Source of the DNA: an uncultured delta proteobacterium
GTDB lineage: Bacteria; Desulfobacterota; RBG-13-43-22
Assembly (NCBI GenBank): GCA_963790475.1
Contig: CAWBOS010000006.1
Location: 384,001 to 448,000, forward strand
Reading direction: 5' to 3'
DNA: 64,000 nt
The notes under the pieces are model-generated. The model did not search any database and had not been told where the DNA came from. It saw only the letters and a program-made list of their open reading frames with translations. This document shows, in pieces, positions 10,262 through 20,317 of the stretch. The translations under genes were made by a program, and so were the position numbers. The stretch's first letter is position 1. Every line of letters starts with the position of its first letter.

Positions 10262-10460
10262 CGAGCTCATAGCTCATGGCTGATAGCTGACAGGGGAAGA
10301 TCAGAAGTCGTCTATTGTGTTTGTTGGGTTCATTGAGTTAGTGGGTTTGTTGAGTTCAAGAAAAGACAATCATACTTAACCCAATAACTCAAGTAACCCA
10401 ATAACTCAAGTAACCCGATAACTCAAGTAACCCAACGAACCCAATAAAACCCATCAAACC
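10262..10460. repeat. Intergenic tandem/inverted repeat block: GCTSAYR 7-mers, TTGRGTT arm and three 17-bp TAACCCRATAACTCAAG units
   Basis: 17-bp units at 10377-10393, 10394-10410, 10411-10427; complementary arm ~10312-10359. Confidence 0.85.
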
Positions 10461-10472
10461 AAAAGGACCAGT

Positions 10473-11513
10473 ATGAGTAAAACCATCTTAATCACCGGCG
10501 GGATGGGGTTCATCGGCTCAAATTTCATCCGCCATTATCATCAAAATCACCCGGAAAACAATATCGTCAACTTGGACAAATTGACCTATTCGGCCAATCC
10601 AGAAAACCTTCAAGATATTTCTTCCGATCCCCGTTACCGCTTTGTCCAGGGTGATATCCTGGATGAAAACTTGCTCTTTAAGATCACTCGGGAATTTTCA
10701 ATCCATACCGTTGTCCATTTTGCCGCCGAGTCCCATGTGGATCGCTCCATTCTGGGGTCCAAGGAGTTTATCCAAACCAATGTGTTGGGCACCCATACTT
10801 TATTAGAGGTCCTTAAACATTATTGGCAAGATACCCTGGCTAAAGATCCGGAGTTTCGTTTCCTTCATATTTCCACGGATGAGGTCTACGGCGCTCTCGG
10901 ACTGGAGGGAATTTTCACCGAAGAGACCCCCTTCCGCCCCAACTCTCCCTATTCGGCCAGCAAGGCCGGAGCCGATATGCTGGTCCGGGCTTATTTTGAA
11001 ACCTACGGTCTTCCGACTCTGATTGTCCGCCCCTCCAACAACTACGGGCCCTTTCAATTCCCGGAAAAATTTATTCCCCTGATGATCACCAATCTTCTGG
11101 AGGACCAACCCATCCCGATTTATGGGCGCGGAGAAAACATACGCGACTGGCTTTATGTGGGAGATGCCTGTCAGGCCATCGATCAGGTCCTTACTAAAGG
11201 GAAAATCGGTGAGGCCTATAACATTGGAGGAGAATCCGAAAGGTCGAATATTGAAGTAGCCCGCCAGATCATTGCCTTCCTGAATAAAGGGGAGGAATAC
11301 CTTCGGTTCGTCGCTGACCGACCTGGTCATGATCTGCGGTATGCCTTGAGTAATGACAAAATTAAGAGGAAGATAGGTTGGTACCCCTCGGTGGACTTTT
11401 CTGAAAGCCTTTCCCGAACGGTCCGATGGTATCAGGATCAGATCGCCTGGTGGAAGCCCCTCAAAGAAAAATTGCTTAAAGAAAGCAAAGGCTTCTGGAG
11501 CGACAAGTCATGA
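10473..11513 (+). CDS. rmlB: dTDP-glucose 4,6-dehydratase
   Basis: TGGMGFIGSNF, HFAAESHVDRSI, ISTDEVYG, PYSASKA, NNYGP, DRPGHDLRY. Confidence 0.97.
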   Translation: MSKTILITGGMGFIGSNFIRHYHQNHPENNIVNLDKLTYSANPENLQDISSDPRYRFVQGDILDENLLFKITREFSIHTVVHFAAESHVDRSILGSKEFIQTNVLGTHTLLEVLKHYWQDTLAKDPEFRFLHISTDEVYGALGLEGIFTEETPFRPNSPYSASKAGADMLVRAYFETYGLPTLIVRPSNNYGPFQFPEKFIPLMITNLLEDQPIPIYGRGENIRDWLYVGDACQAIDQVLTKGKIGEAYNIGGESERSNIEVARQIIAFLNKGEEYLRFVADRPGHDLRYALSNDKIKRKIGWYPSVDFSESLSRTVRWYQDQIAWWKPLKEKLLKESKGFWSDKS

Positions 11514-12346
11514 AAGTAATGGTCACCGGATACCCGGGATTATTGTCCATGGACCTGGTTCCTGTCCTTAAGGAGCGCCATGAAGTAATACCCCTTTCCA
11601 TCGATGATCTGGATATCACCCGAAAGGAAGAGGTCTTTAACACCATGGAGACCCTTCAACCGGAAGTGGTGATCAACTGTGCCGCCTATACGGCGGTCGA
11701 TCAAGCGGAGAACGATTGGGAAGGGGCCTTTCGGGCCAATGCCCTGGGGGTCCATTATCTGGCACTGGCCTGCCGGCAATTTGAGGTGATCCTTGGTCAT
11801 ATAAGCACGGATTATGTTTTTGACGGCCGGATCGGCCGACCCTACCAGCCCTGGGACATCCCCAATCCGATTAGTGTCTACGGGGCTTCCAAACAAGCGG
11901 GGGAATTTTTCATCGAACAACTGCTGAACCGTTATTATATCATCCGCACCAGTTCCCTTTACGGGAAAAACGGGAATAATTTCGTAAAAACGATCATTGA
12001 CAAGGCCGAACAAGAAAAACCCTTGTCGATAGTATGCGATCAGGTCATGTCCCCGACCTGGAGCGTTAATCTTTCACAAGGTATTTTACAGATCCTGGCC
12101 TCGGGTAATTTCGGGGTTTATCATTTGACGGATCAGACCGATGGGGGGATCAGCTGGTTTGATTTCGGCAAAGCCATATTAAGAATCAAGGGATTGAATC
12201 AAGAAATACTTCCCCTACGGTGTCAGGACCTTGACCGCCCGGCGCCCCGGCCGGCCTATTCGGTCTTGGACACCCGTTATCTGACCCTGGCCACAGGATA
12301 TCGTCCCCTTCATTATCAGGAGGCCCTGGAGCAGTTTTTGAAATGA
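11510..12346 (+). CDS. rmlD: dTDP-4-dehydrorhamnose reductase
   Basis: NCAAYTAVDQAE, ISTDYVFDG, YGASKQAGE, RPAPRPAYS; ATGA overlap with rmlB. Confidence 0.95.
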   Translation: MKVMVTGYPGLLSMDLVPVLKERHEVIPLSIDDLDITRKEEVFNTMETLQPEVVINCAAYTAVDQAENDWEGAFRANALGVHYLALACRQFEVILGHISTDYVFDGRIGRPYQPWDIPNPISVYGASKQAGEFFIEQLLNRYYIIRTSSLYGKNGNNFVKTIIDKAEQEKPLSIVCDQVMSPTWSVNLSQGILQILASGNFGVYHLTDQTDGGISWFDFGKAILRIKGLNQEILPLRCQDLDRPAPRPAYSVLDTRYLTLATGYRPLHYQEALEQFLK

Positions 12347-13128
12347 AAGAATCCCCATCCCAGGAACAGTCCTTAAAAGAGTGGACCGATCTATTTTCTG
12401 ATTCGGCCGAAAGCCTGTCTGCTTTGGAAAAAGGGGACTTTTCCGAGCCGACTTTTTCAGCATCTTTGTATTTGGCCCTGTTGTCGGATTTATTTCTAAG
12501 CGCCGGAGAGGAACCGGTGAAAGAAAAGTGGGCTTCGCTGTCCCGGGTAGTGCAGACCGACTTGGGGATTGAACTGCTCAAGGACTATCTTTTCCAGCCC
12601 CTCTATATCCGGCTTTCCAAAGAAAAAAAATTATCACCCATAAAATCACCCCTGAAGCTGGAAAGCCAGGGGAAATTCTTTCGAGTAGAGCATGGGGCCG
12701 GGCCAAACCGGAAGATAGAATTATTATACCCTTTGAACCATCGCCGGTTCTGGCCGGATTTGTTCAGATTATTTGAAGAGGACTTTTTTTCTTCCGAAAA
12801 AGTTTTTAAGGCCCTTGAACCGGAGATACTACTGGCGTCTTCTTCCCGTCTGGAAAAGATCAGACATCGGGCGGAAGACCTTAGCACCCTTTTCTTGAAA
12901 GGAAAACACCCGGAAATTTCCGCCAGCTTGCCGCCCGGAGATCAATCAGAAATAACAAATGCCCGGGAAGATGCCCCCGGGCCAGCCCACGGGGACGTTC
13001 ATCCCCCGGAAAAGATGGAGCCCGACCTGTCGGCACCTGCGATTTCAGACCTGCCTCCTTCCCCTCCCTCGCCACCCAAGAGAAAGAAAAAGAAAAAACC
13101 CTCAGACGATCAGTTGGAACTGTTTTGA
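12343..13128 (+). CDS. Hypothetical protein with Pro-rich linker, basic patch and C-terminal QLELF
   Basis: 261-aa ORF, ATGA-coupled to rmlD; no recognisable family. Confidence 0.7.
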   Translation: MKESPSQEQSLKEWTDLFSDSAESLSALEKGDFSEPTFSASLYLALLSDLFLSAGEEPVKEKWASLSRVVQTDLGIELLKDYLFQPLYIRLSKEKKLSPIKSPLKLESQGKFFRVEHGAGPNRKIELLYPLNHRRFWPDLFRLFEEDFFSSEKVFKALEPEILLASSSRLEKIRHRAEDLSTLFLKGKHPEISASLPPGDQSEITNAREDAPGPAHGDVHPPEKMEPDLSAPAISDLPPSPPSPPKRKKKKKPSDDQLELF

Positions 13129-13143
13129 TATCGGAGGTCTTTA

Positions 13144-13788
13144 ATGAAAATTGCCGATAACCTCTATGCCTTTATCTGGCGTAATCCCCAAGCCAATAAT
13201 TGCAATACCTATCTGATCAAAGGAGCTAAAACGATTCTTGTCGATCCAGGGCATGTCCATCTTTTCGACTATGTCAGGTCCGGGCTTTTGGACTTGAACC
13301 TCACACCCGAACAGATAGACCTGATCATCGTCACCCATGCTCATCCGGATCATCTGGAAGCGGTTACCCTGTTTAAAAACCCCACCCTTTTAACTATGAG
13401 CCTGGCCGAATTTGAGTCTGTCAAAGAATGGTATGGCCGGGAGGCAGTCAGCGGTATTGAACCTGATTTTTATCTGCAGGAGGGTGAGCTAATTTTTGAG
13501 GGCTTGACTTTTCAGGTGATTTCCACCCCTGGTCATTCTCCGGGTTCCATCTGTCTTTACTGGCCTGAACACAAGGCCTTATTTACAGGAGATTTGATTT
13601 TCAATCAGGGAATAGGAAGAACTGATCTTCCGGGAGGAAACGGCCCCCTGTTAAAAGAAAGTATAATGCGAATCGCCGGCCTGGATATTGAATATATTCT
13701 CAGCGGTCATGGGGAGTTGATCAAGGGGAAAAAGGCCGTAGAGGCTAATTTTCGGGAGGTGGAAGACACCTGGTTTGATTATCTTTGA
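13144..13788 (+). CDS. Metallo-beta-lactamase fold hydrolase
   Basis: THAHPDH, TPGHSPGS, TGDLIF, GRTDLPGG, GHG; GGAGG RBS. Confidence 0.92.
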   Translation: MKIADNLYAFIWRNPQANNCNTYLIKGAKTILVDPGHVHLFDYVRSGLLDLNLTPEQIDLIIVTHAHPDHLEAVTLFKNPTLLTMSLAEFESVKEWYGREAVSGIEPDFYLQEGELIFEGLTFQVISTPGHSPGSICLYWPEHKALFTGDLIFNQGIGRTDLPGGNGPLLKESIMRIAGLDIEYILSGHGELIKGKKAVEANFREVEDTWFDYL

Positions 13789-13818
13789 TGGTCTGTTTAG
13801 AAAAAACAAGCCCGGAGA

Positions 13819-14343
13819 TTAATCTAGGGTATTTTCAGACCAAAGACCAAGCATTTTTTCTTTAACGGCTTTCTTTTCCTGATCTAGGAGTTGTATCCAG
13901 GCAGGATCTCGGTTCAGGTTAGGCAAAATCGCTGAACCCGAAATCCCTTGGATCGACAATCGCTTTAGGGCCTGTTCCGTCAGCCGAGCCTTTTCTTGTT
14001 CCACCTTTTGATTGAATGCCTTCAATATCTTCATAAATGGTTCGCGGGGCATTTCCAGGAGTTCGGTGATTAACTGAAATCGTTTTTCATTTTCCCCTTC
14101 CGGGTCCAGGGGGCCAATTATTTCTGCTTGTAAAATTCTTCTCCATCCTGAGGGGGCTTCTTGGCTGAGGAGTTCGCTCTTCACCTTATCCATATCTATC
14201 CACCCGTCCAGGAACTTTTGAATCCAGCCTTTGGCTTTTTTCACCCACTCCTCGCGGCGGATTTCTTCTTTTTCTTCCGGACTCAAGGTCAGGCCCTTGG
14301 TCTTCTCCATAATCAGGTCCAGGGTACTTTTGATCTCGGCCAT
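13819..14343 (-). CDS. Conserved hypothetical protein
   Basis: 174-aa ORF starting MAEIKSTLDLIMEKTK with GISGSAILPNL near the end; AGGTGA-like RBS. Confidence 0.75.
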   Translation of the reverse strand: MAEIKSTLDLIMEKTKGLTLSPEEKEEIRREEWVKKAKGWIQKFLDGWIDMDKVKSELLSQEAPSGWRRILQAEIIGPLDPEGENEKRFQLITELLEMPREPFMKILKAFNQKVEQEKARLTEQALKRLSIQGISGSAILPNLNRDPAWIQLLDQEKKAVKEKMLGLWSENTLD

Positions 14344-14400
14344 CTATCACCTGCATTAAAATAAATATTTTGGAACTTTAGGGATCGTTTGTTTTTTCAA

Positions 14401-14523
14401 AGATTAGAATCGGAGAAGGATTACTTCCTTATTCTGTCTCCCGGCTTCTAAATTCTAAATTCTATCTCTTTAATTGGTTTTCTCTCGCCACTCGCCACCC
14501 GTCACCCGTCACTTGTCACTCGC
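14401..14523. repeat. 7-mer tandem arrays (TTCTAAA; YYGYCAC x5)
   Basis: TCGCCAC TCGCCAC CCGTCAC CCGTCAC TTGTCAC at 14485-14519, same family as 4059-4084. Confidence 0.75.
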
Positions 14524-14525
14524 TT

Positions 14526-15101
14526 TTAAGCATGCCCGACAGAGTCTCCCAGCAGACTGATGTCAACCCCCAGAATTTTTGCCGCCTCTTCCCAACGCTT
14601 TTCGGTCTCGGTTTTGAAAAGAATGGTTTCGTTCACCGGGCTGGTCAGCCAGGCATTGGCCAAGATTTCTGATTCCAACTGCCCGGGTCCCCATCCGGCA
14701 CAACCAAGGGCGATTATAAACGAACCCGGTCCTTTCCCCCTGGCCAGGGCATCCAGAATATCTTTGGAATTACTCAAGGCCAAGGAGGGAGTAACAGCAT
14801 GAAAACTCTCCCAGTCAAAAGGAGGGCCATGGAGTATGAAAATTTGCCCTTTATGAACCGGCCCTCCGAAATAAACAGGTACGTTATTTAGTTGTGGGAC
14901 CGGATCCATTCCCAGTTCCTGAAAGATCATCGTACCAGTCAAATCCGGTAGCACCCGGTTTATCACCACTCCCAAGGCCCCTTCCAGGGTATGCTCGCAG
15001 ATACAGGTTACCGCCTGAAAAAAATTCGGATCCAGCAGGCTGGGCATGGCGATGAGGAATTGTCCTTTAAGGGAAATTTCGGTCTCCTTTTTCCAACTCA
15101 T
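14526..15101 (-). CDS. yqgE: YqgE/AlgH family protein
   Basis: LIAMPSLLDPNF, GALGVVINR, FGGPV, LGCAGWGPGQLESEI, GHA C-terminus; start moved to ATG 15101 (GGAGG RBS, promoter upstream). Confidence 0.93.
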   Translation of the reverse strand: MSWKKETEISLKGQFLIAMPSLLDPNFFQAVTCICEHTLEGALGVVINRVLPDLTGTMIFQELGMDPVPQLNNVPVYFGGPVHKGQIFILHGPPFDWESFHAVTPSLALSNSKDILDALARGKGPGSFIIALGCAGWGPGQLESEILANAWLTSPVNETILFKTETEKRWEEAAKILGVDISLLGDSVGHA

Positions 15102-15126
15102 ATGGCCTCCGGCAAAGGTTTTGAAT

Positions 15127-15155
15127 ATTCTATGGCTTGTAAGAAGGCTTGTCAA
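15127..15155 (-). promoter_or_regulatory. sigma70-type promoter of yqgE
   Basis: Minus strand TTGACA - 17 bp - TAGAAT. Confidence 0.75.
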
Positions 15156-15508
15156 GTAGGCCAGAGTTAACATCAGTGATAGAGAATTTCAAATGCACCA
15201 GCGTCCCGGCCAGGGAATGGAGAAGAGGTCCCTGACCATTAAAATTTCTGATCCTATCTACCCCTGAACTTTCCTCGTTTCTCCTTGACCGCTGCTACGA
15301 TATATTTTATAATTTATTAAAACCTGCGGAAGCCACCATGAACCATAATTACGAAATCTTATTTCCATAATCAAGTCACACAATCAATTTATTGAAATTA
15401 ATTGTGAAGAATGTTTTTCCCTGGGACGAAAAGAAAGGGTATAACCTTACTTGACTATTTGTTTAGTTCTTACCCATGGTTCCTATTTGAAAGGATATTT
15501 AAATAATA

Positions 15509-16747
15509 ATGAATACTGAATTAAGAGAGAGTGATTCCGATCAAAAATTCCCACTTCAAGGTATACTTGTCCTCGAATACGGTGTGTTTCATGCCGGGCC
15601 TGGTGCCGGCGCCATTTTGGGTGATCTTGGGGCGGAGGTAGTGAAAATAGAGGAAATAAATGGAGATCCGGCGCGATTTTGGACTCAAGTAGGCAATTTG
15701 AACACGGAGATGCCCAATGGAGACAATGCCACATTCCACTACTCGAATCGGAATAAACGTTCTATCTGCCTGGACATAAAAACGGCTCAAGGTCGGGGGA
15801 TTCTTGAACGACTGGTCGCCCGCGCCGATGTTTTCCTGACGAATGTGCGCCAGTCCACCAAGAAGAAACTGGGAATCGATTACCAAACCCTTAAGGGCCT
15901 TAATCCAAGAATGATCCACGCCAATGTCTCCGGTTACGGACCGGAAGGGCCTATGGCGGATATCGGGGCTTTTGATCCCCTGGGACTGGCCCGGTCAGGT
16001 TTGGTGTTTGCCACCGGGTCCCCCGAACCTAAACTGATGCATATTGGTTTGCTGGATCAGGCTACGTCCATCGCCGCCAGCCATGCCATAGTCACGGCCC
16101 TTTTCGCGCGGGAACGAAGCGGGGTGGGGCAGGAAGTCCATGTATCCCTTTACAGCACAGGGCAGTGGCTCAACGGAATAGCCCTGATGATCAACAGCCT
16201 TCTGGGGATAGACCCGATCGTCACAGAAGATCGCACTGTCCACTCTCCTTTAAGAAACAGATATATCTGTAAAGACGGAAAATGGCTTATATGCACTCAC
16301 CATCCGGAGGAAAAATATTGGTCCCGATTTTGTGAGGCGATTGAACGCCAGGATTGGCTTTCAGACCCCCGTTTTGCCGATAGCGAAAGTCGCAGGACCA
16401 ACCATGCAGAACTCATTGAACTCCTCGACCGGATATTCAAAACCAGGACGAGCGAAGAGTGGATGAAGATCTTTGTGGACAAGGGGCTCATGTTCTGCCC
16501 GGTACAGCGTGTACCTGAGATTCAAAACGATCCCCAGGCCCTGGTCAACCGCTATATGGTCGATTTTCAGGATCCGGAGATCGGGAGGTTCCGGATTGCC
16601 GGATACCCTATTCATTTCAGTGCCAATTCAGCCGGAACCCGTTCTCTGGCACCTTCCCTGGGTCAGCACACCTCGGAAGTTATTAAGGAACTGGGCTATT
16701 CCGACGAGGAAATCGAACTACTTAAAAGGGAAGGTGTGATCCGCTAA
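15509..16747 (+). CDS. Family III CoA-transferase (CaiB/BaiF)
   Basis: AGPGAGAILGDLGAEVVKIE, NRNKRSICLD, ADVFLTN, SGYGPEGP, PSLGQHTSEV. Confidence 0.93.
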   Translation: MNTELRESDSDQKFPLQGILVLEYGVFHAGPGAGAILGDLGAEVVKIEEINGDPARFWTQVGNLNTEMPNGDNATFHYSNRNKRSICLDIKTAQGRGILERLVARADVFLTNVRQSTKKKLGIDYQTLKGLNPRMIHANVSGYGPEGPMADIGAFDPLGLARSGLVFATGSPEPKLMHIGLLDQATSIAASHAIVTALFARERSGVGQEVHVSLYSTGQWLNGIALMINSLLGIDPIVTEDRTVHSPLRNRYICKDGKWLICTHHPEEKYWSRFCEAIERQDWLSDPRFADSESRRTNHAELIELLDRIFKTRTSEEWMKIFVDKGLMFCPVQRVPEIQNDPQALVNRYMVDFQDPEIGRFRIAGYPIHFSANSAGTRSLAPSLGQHTSEVIKELGYSDEEIELLKREGVIR

Positions 16748-17234
16748 AACAGGCCGACCCTTGCCCTGTCTCTCTTTGTACGAGCAGGACCTCGAACTGT
16801 TCGTGCGCACCCATGTTGATTGGGAAAAATCCCTGCCGAGCGAGAATGAGGCAAAGCGAAAAGAGATCTTCTGGTGGGCACCTATAAAATTAGCTCTGGT
16901 CTACAGCTCTCCAGTCCCTGCTTTCCTCCCTCATCAGAGCAGCCCTGAAAGATATCTCCGCGCAGAGAACCATACCCCGCTTCGTCGCTTTTAAACAATT
17001 CTTAGCTGTCCCCGGTCATAGCTATTCTGATCTTTCAAGATAATGAATACTGAATGAAGCAAACAAAGTCCTCAATGTTTTTCCCGTCCTGAAATGTGAA
17101 CGCCCATACCCGCTGGCCAGTCTGTCACATCGATGACTCATTTTAGTGTCAGCGCCCCATTCAATTATTGACGGAGGTCACGGGAAACGGTATTTGGGAA
17201 ATCAAAGGATTGAACCTTTTGCCTATACTTTTTA

Positions 17235-17283
17235 TTGACTGGGGGCTTTCATTTTTGTAATCTCTATGAATGAAATGCATAGA
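17235..17283 (+). promoter_or_regulatory. Putative promoter with downstream operator palindrome
   Basis: TTGACT-17-TAATCT followed by TCTATG-N9-CATAGA (17263-17283). Confidence 0.5.
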
Positions 17284-17318
17284 AAAAATTAGATTCTTAA
17301 ACAATGGAGGGACGAGCG

Positions 17319-18167
17319 ATGGCAGAATTTAAAGTAATTGATACCCTATTCCCCCTGCTTTTAAAGGAATGGAAGCAGAGCTGGGCAAATGCCACCAATT
17401 CTCCGGGGGAGCTGAAATGCGCGGTCGAGGCTTCCTGGGGAGAGGGATACCCTAAGGCCGAGGACATCGTTAAAGCCATGGATGAAGCGGGCGTTGAAAC
17501 AGTCCTGGCAACCGATCTTCTGGCTTGGTCGTACCGCCGGCAGACACGGTTTGCCATCGATATGACCGGGATCATCGACGAAATGACCACCTCCTATCCG
17601 GGAAGGTTTTTCGGTTTGGCCGATTACGACCCTTTCAGGATAAGAGAAAGCCTGGTGAAACTCGAAGCGGATGTCAAGGAGCGCCAGTATAAAGGGGTGT
17701 ATATCCATATTTACGGGTATGATATACCCCTGGATCATCGCAAAATGTACCCCCTTTATGCCAAGTGCGAGGAATTGGGTCTTCCCGTTTCCATGCAGAC
17801 CGGTCACGTTCTCGAAGCCATGCCCAGTGAACATGGCCGACCCATGTACCTGGATCGGATCGCCACGGATTTCCCGGATCTTATCCTGATCGGAACCCAT
17901 ACCGGATTTCCCTGGGTGGATGAAATGATCTCCTGCACCACCAAATGGCCTAATATTTATCTCAGTTTCAGTGCCTGGCTGCCCCGCTACTTCCACCCCT
18001 CCCTGACCAACTTCATGAAATCGAGGGTCGGAGCTGAAAAAGTCCTCTTTGGTTCAAACGGTCTCTCCTGGAAGCGCTATAATGAACAAATGGCCGAAAT
18101 GGGCTTAAGGGAGGATTCACTGGAAAAAATCCTTTATGGAAATGCCAAACGAATTTTCAAGTTATAG
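17319..18167 (+). CDS. Amidohydrolase_2 family metal-dependent hydrolase
   Basis: YPLYAKCEELGLPV, HTGFPW, KVLFGSN, EKILYGNAKRIF. Confidence 0.88.
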   Translation: MAEFKVIDTLFPLLLKEWKQSWANATNSPGELKCAVEASWGEGYPKAEDIVKAMDEAGVETVLATDLLAWSYRRQTRFAIDMTGIIDEMTTSYPGRFFGLADYDPFRIRESLVKLEADVKERQYKGVYIHIYGYDIPLDHRKMYPLYAKCEELGLPVSMQTGHVLEAMPSEHGRPMYLDRIATDFPDLILIGTHTGFPWVDEMISCTTKWPNIYLSFSAWLPRYFHPSLTNFMKSRVGAEKVLFGSNGLSWKRYNEQMAEMGLREDSLEKILYGNAKRIFKL

Positions 18168-18408
18168 AAAATTGATGGTCTATTAAAAATAGAAAACGCC
18201 GGGAGGACCCTCCGCTGTTCGCCTGTGAACGCCCCCCGGCTTTCGGATCCGGGATTCGACAGGCCACCATCAGGACCTTTGACTTATTTAATACCTACCT
18301 TGGGGGCCAGTGGCGCGAGTGGGGTCACTATGGAGTAACATAGTCAGCAGGAGTAGGCCGGGCTGGGATAGTAGAACTTAAACACTCTTCTTCAAAAAGG
18401 ATCTTTTT

Positions 18409-18915
18409 ATGATTAAATCTTTTGACGGAAAAGTACCGAAGATTTCCGAATCCGCATATATCTGCCAGACCGCTTATATTATTGGAGAGGTGGAGATCGG
18501 GGAACTATCCGGAGTCTGGCCCGGTGTGGTGATCCGAGGGGATTTTGCCTCTATCAAAATCGGGCGGCAGACCATTATAGAGGATAACTGTGTTGTTCAT
18601 TGTGGTGCGCCTATGGAGATCGGGAATAATGTCATTGTCGGGCACAGTGTTGTACTGCATGGGAAGAGGATCGGCAATAACACCCTGATCGGCAATAACG
18701 CCACAATTCTGGACAACAGTGAAATCGGTGACTATTGTGTTATCGGGGCCGGCTCTTTGGTGAGTCCGGGGATGAAGATCCCGGACCGATCTTATGTGCT
18801 CGGCGTTCCCGGCAAAATTCAAGGTGAAATTAAATCAGGGGTGATGAAACGACTGGAGTCGGGGAACCGCTCTTATCTGGCATTTTTTGAAAAATATCGG
18901 GAAGCGGGGATTTAA
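18409..18915 (+). CDS. Gamma-carbonic anhydrase family (hexapeptide repeat) protein
   Basis: VIRGD, IEDNCVVH, VGHSVVLHG, GVPGK. Confidence 0.92.
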   Translation: MIKSFDGKVPKISESAYICQTAYIIGEVEIGELSGVWPGVVIRGDFASIKIGRQTIIEDNCVVHCGAPMEIGNNVIVGHSVVLHGKRIGNNTLIGNNATILDNSEIGDYCVIGAGSLVSPGMKIPDRSYVLGVPGKIQGEIKSGVMKRLESGNRSYLAFFEKYREAGI

Positions 18916-18921
18916 TAGAAA

Positions 18922-19812
18922 ATGGTGATCGGCCATCGGGGGGGCGCCGGGCTCATGCCCGAAAACACTCTGGCCTCCTTTAAACGCGGTTGCGAGCTCG
19001 GTATCGACGCCATCGAACTCGATGTCCTGGTATCGGCCGATGGTCAGATGGTCGTGCATCACGATTACAAACTGAATCCGGCCATCGCCCGCTCGGCCGA
19101 TGGAGTCTGGGTATCCTCCGGGTCACAGCCGGCCATCAAGGACCTGACCCTGGCCCAACTCAAATCTTATGACATCGGCCGGCTGAACCCCAAGACCACC
19201 TATGCGGCCCAATTTCCGGAGCAGATCGCCATAGACGGCGAGAGGATCCCCACCTTCAAGGAAGTCATCGATCTGTTCAAGAAATCGTGCAATCCCACCA
19301 CCCGGCTGTTGGTTGAGATCAAGACCTCCCCGGAAGAGCCTGAGCTGGCTCTGCCGCCGGAAGTGATTTCGGACAAGATCGTGAAAATGGTAAGGGATGA
19401 GGGGATCGCCGGGCGCACTTGGATAATCTCATTCGATTGGCGGAACCTGGCGCACATCCAGAAGATCGCCCCGGAGATAATGACCGGCTATCTGACCATC
19501 GATACGCCCCGCTCGAGCAACCTGAAGCCGAACCAGCCCGGGGCATCGCCCTGGCTGGCCGGAATCGATATCAAAGCCTTCAACGGATCGGCACCCCGGG
19601 CGGTAAAAGCGGCCGGCGGCCGTATCTGGTCTCCTTATTTCAAAAACTTGACTCCGGAGTCACTTTCGGAAGCCCGGCAACTTGGGTTGATGGTAAGCGT
19701 CTGGACGCCCGACAATCCCGATGATTTGCGGAAGATGATCGAAATGAAGGTGGATGCGATCACTACCAACCGGCCTGATGTGCTTAAGAAAATACTGGAG
19801 GACAAAAGATAA
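18922..19812 (+). CDS. Glycerophosphodiester phosphodiesterase
   Basis: GHRGGAGLMPENTL, IELDV, VHHD, VEIK, SFDW, TNRPD. Confidence 0.92.
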   Translation: MVIGHRGGAGLMPENTLASFKRGCELGIDAIELDVLVSADGQMVVHHDYKLNPAIARSADGVWVSSGSQPAIKDLTLAQLKSYDIGRLNPKTTYAAQFPEQIAIDGERIPTFKEVIDLFKKSCNPTTRLLVEIKTSPEEPELALPPEVISDKIVKMVRDEGIAGRTWIISFDWRNLAHIQKIAPEIMTGYLTIDTPRSSNLKPNQPGASPWLAGIDIKAFNGSAPRAVKAAGGRIWSPYFKNLTPESLSEARQLGLMVSVWTPDNPDDLRKMIEMKVDAITTNRPDVLKKILEDKR

Positions 19813-20032
19813 CCCTAATAAATTTGGCCGTTCCGTTCGATTTTGCCTTTTGAGGATCAGCGCATTTCCCCGCTCGAGTTTTATCTTTCTCTCGGTCTAT
19901 TTTAGACGCGGAGCCCTGTTGAGGCAGCTTTTTCAATCTACAAAAATATTTACAAAAAATAGTTGCTTGATAATTGTCAGATGATATGCTAATAAGTTAT
20001 CGTATAATAATTAAATATTAAGGGGGGGCGGG

Positions 20033-20317
20033 ATGCGCTTTATTTCAGTCAGAGAATTAAGTACCAAACCCAAAAAAATCTGGGTGGAAATGCAAGAAGA
20101 GGAAATCGTTATTACCTCAAACGGCAAGCCTATTGCTCTCCTCTCGGGGGTGACGGAAAAAAACCTGGAAAAGACTCTCCAATCCATACGCCGGGCCCGG
20201 GCACTTATGGCTTTGGATGAGATGCAAAAGAAATCTTTGAAATTGGGGTTGAATAATCTATCCGATGCCGAAATTGAGGAGGAAATCAGAACCGTTCGAA
20301 AGAGCCGTAAACGATGA
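20033..20317 (+). CDS. Phd/YefM family antitoxin
   Basis: MRFISVREL...EIVITSNGKPIALL; ATGA overlap with PIN gene. Confidence 0.88.
   Translation: MRFISVRELSTKPKKIWVEMQEEEIVITSNGKPIALLSGVTEKNLEKTLQSIRRARALMALDEMQKKSLKLGLNNLSDAEIEEEIRTVRKSRKR

Noticed and set aside
10377-10427. Possible CRISPR array
   Set aside because: Units are contiguous 17-mers with no unique spacers, and no cas genes are present
18190-18370. Structured intergenic region with GGATTCGACAGG resembling a tmRNA 5' end
   Set aside because: No matching 3' acceptor/T-arm or tag ORF found; a covariance-model search would be needed
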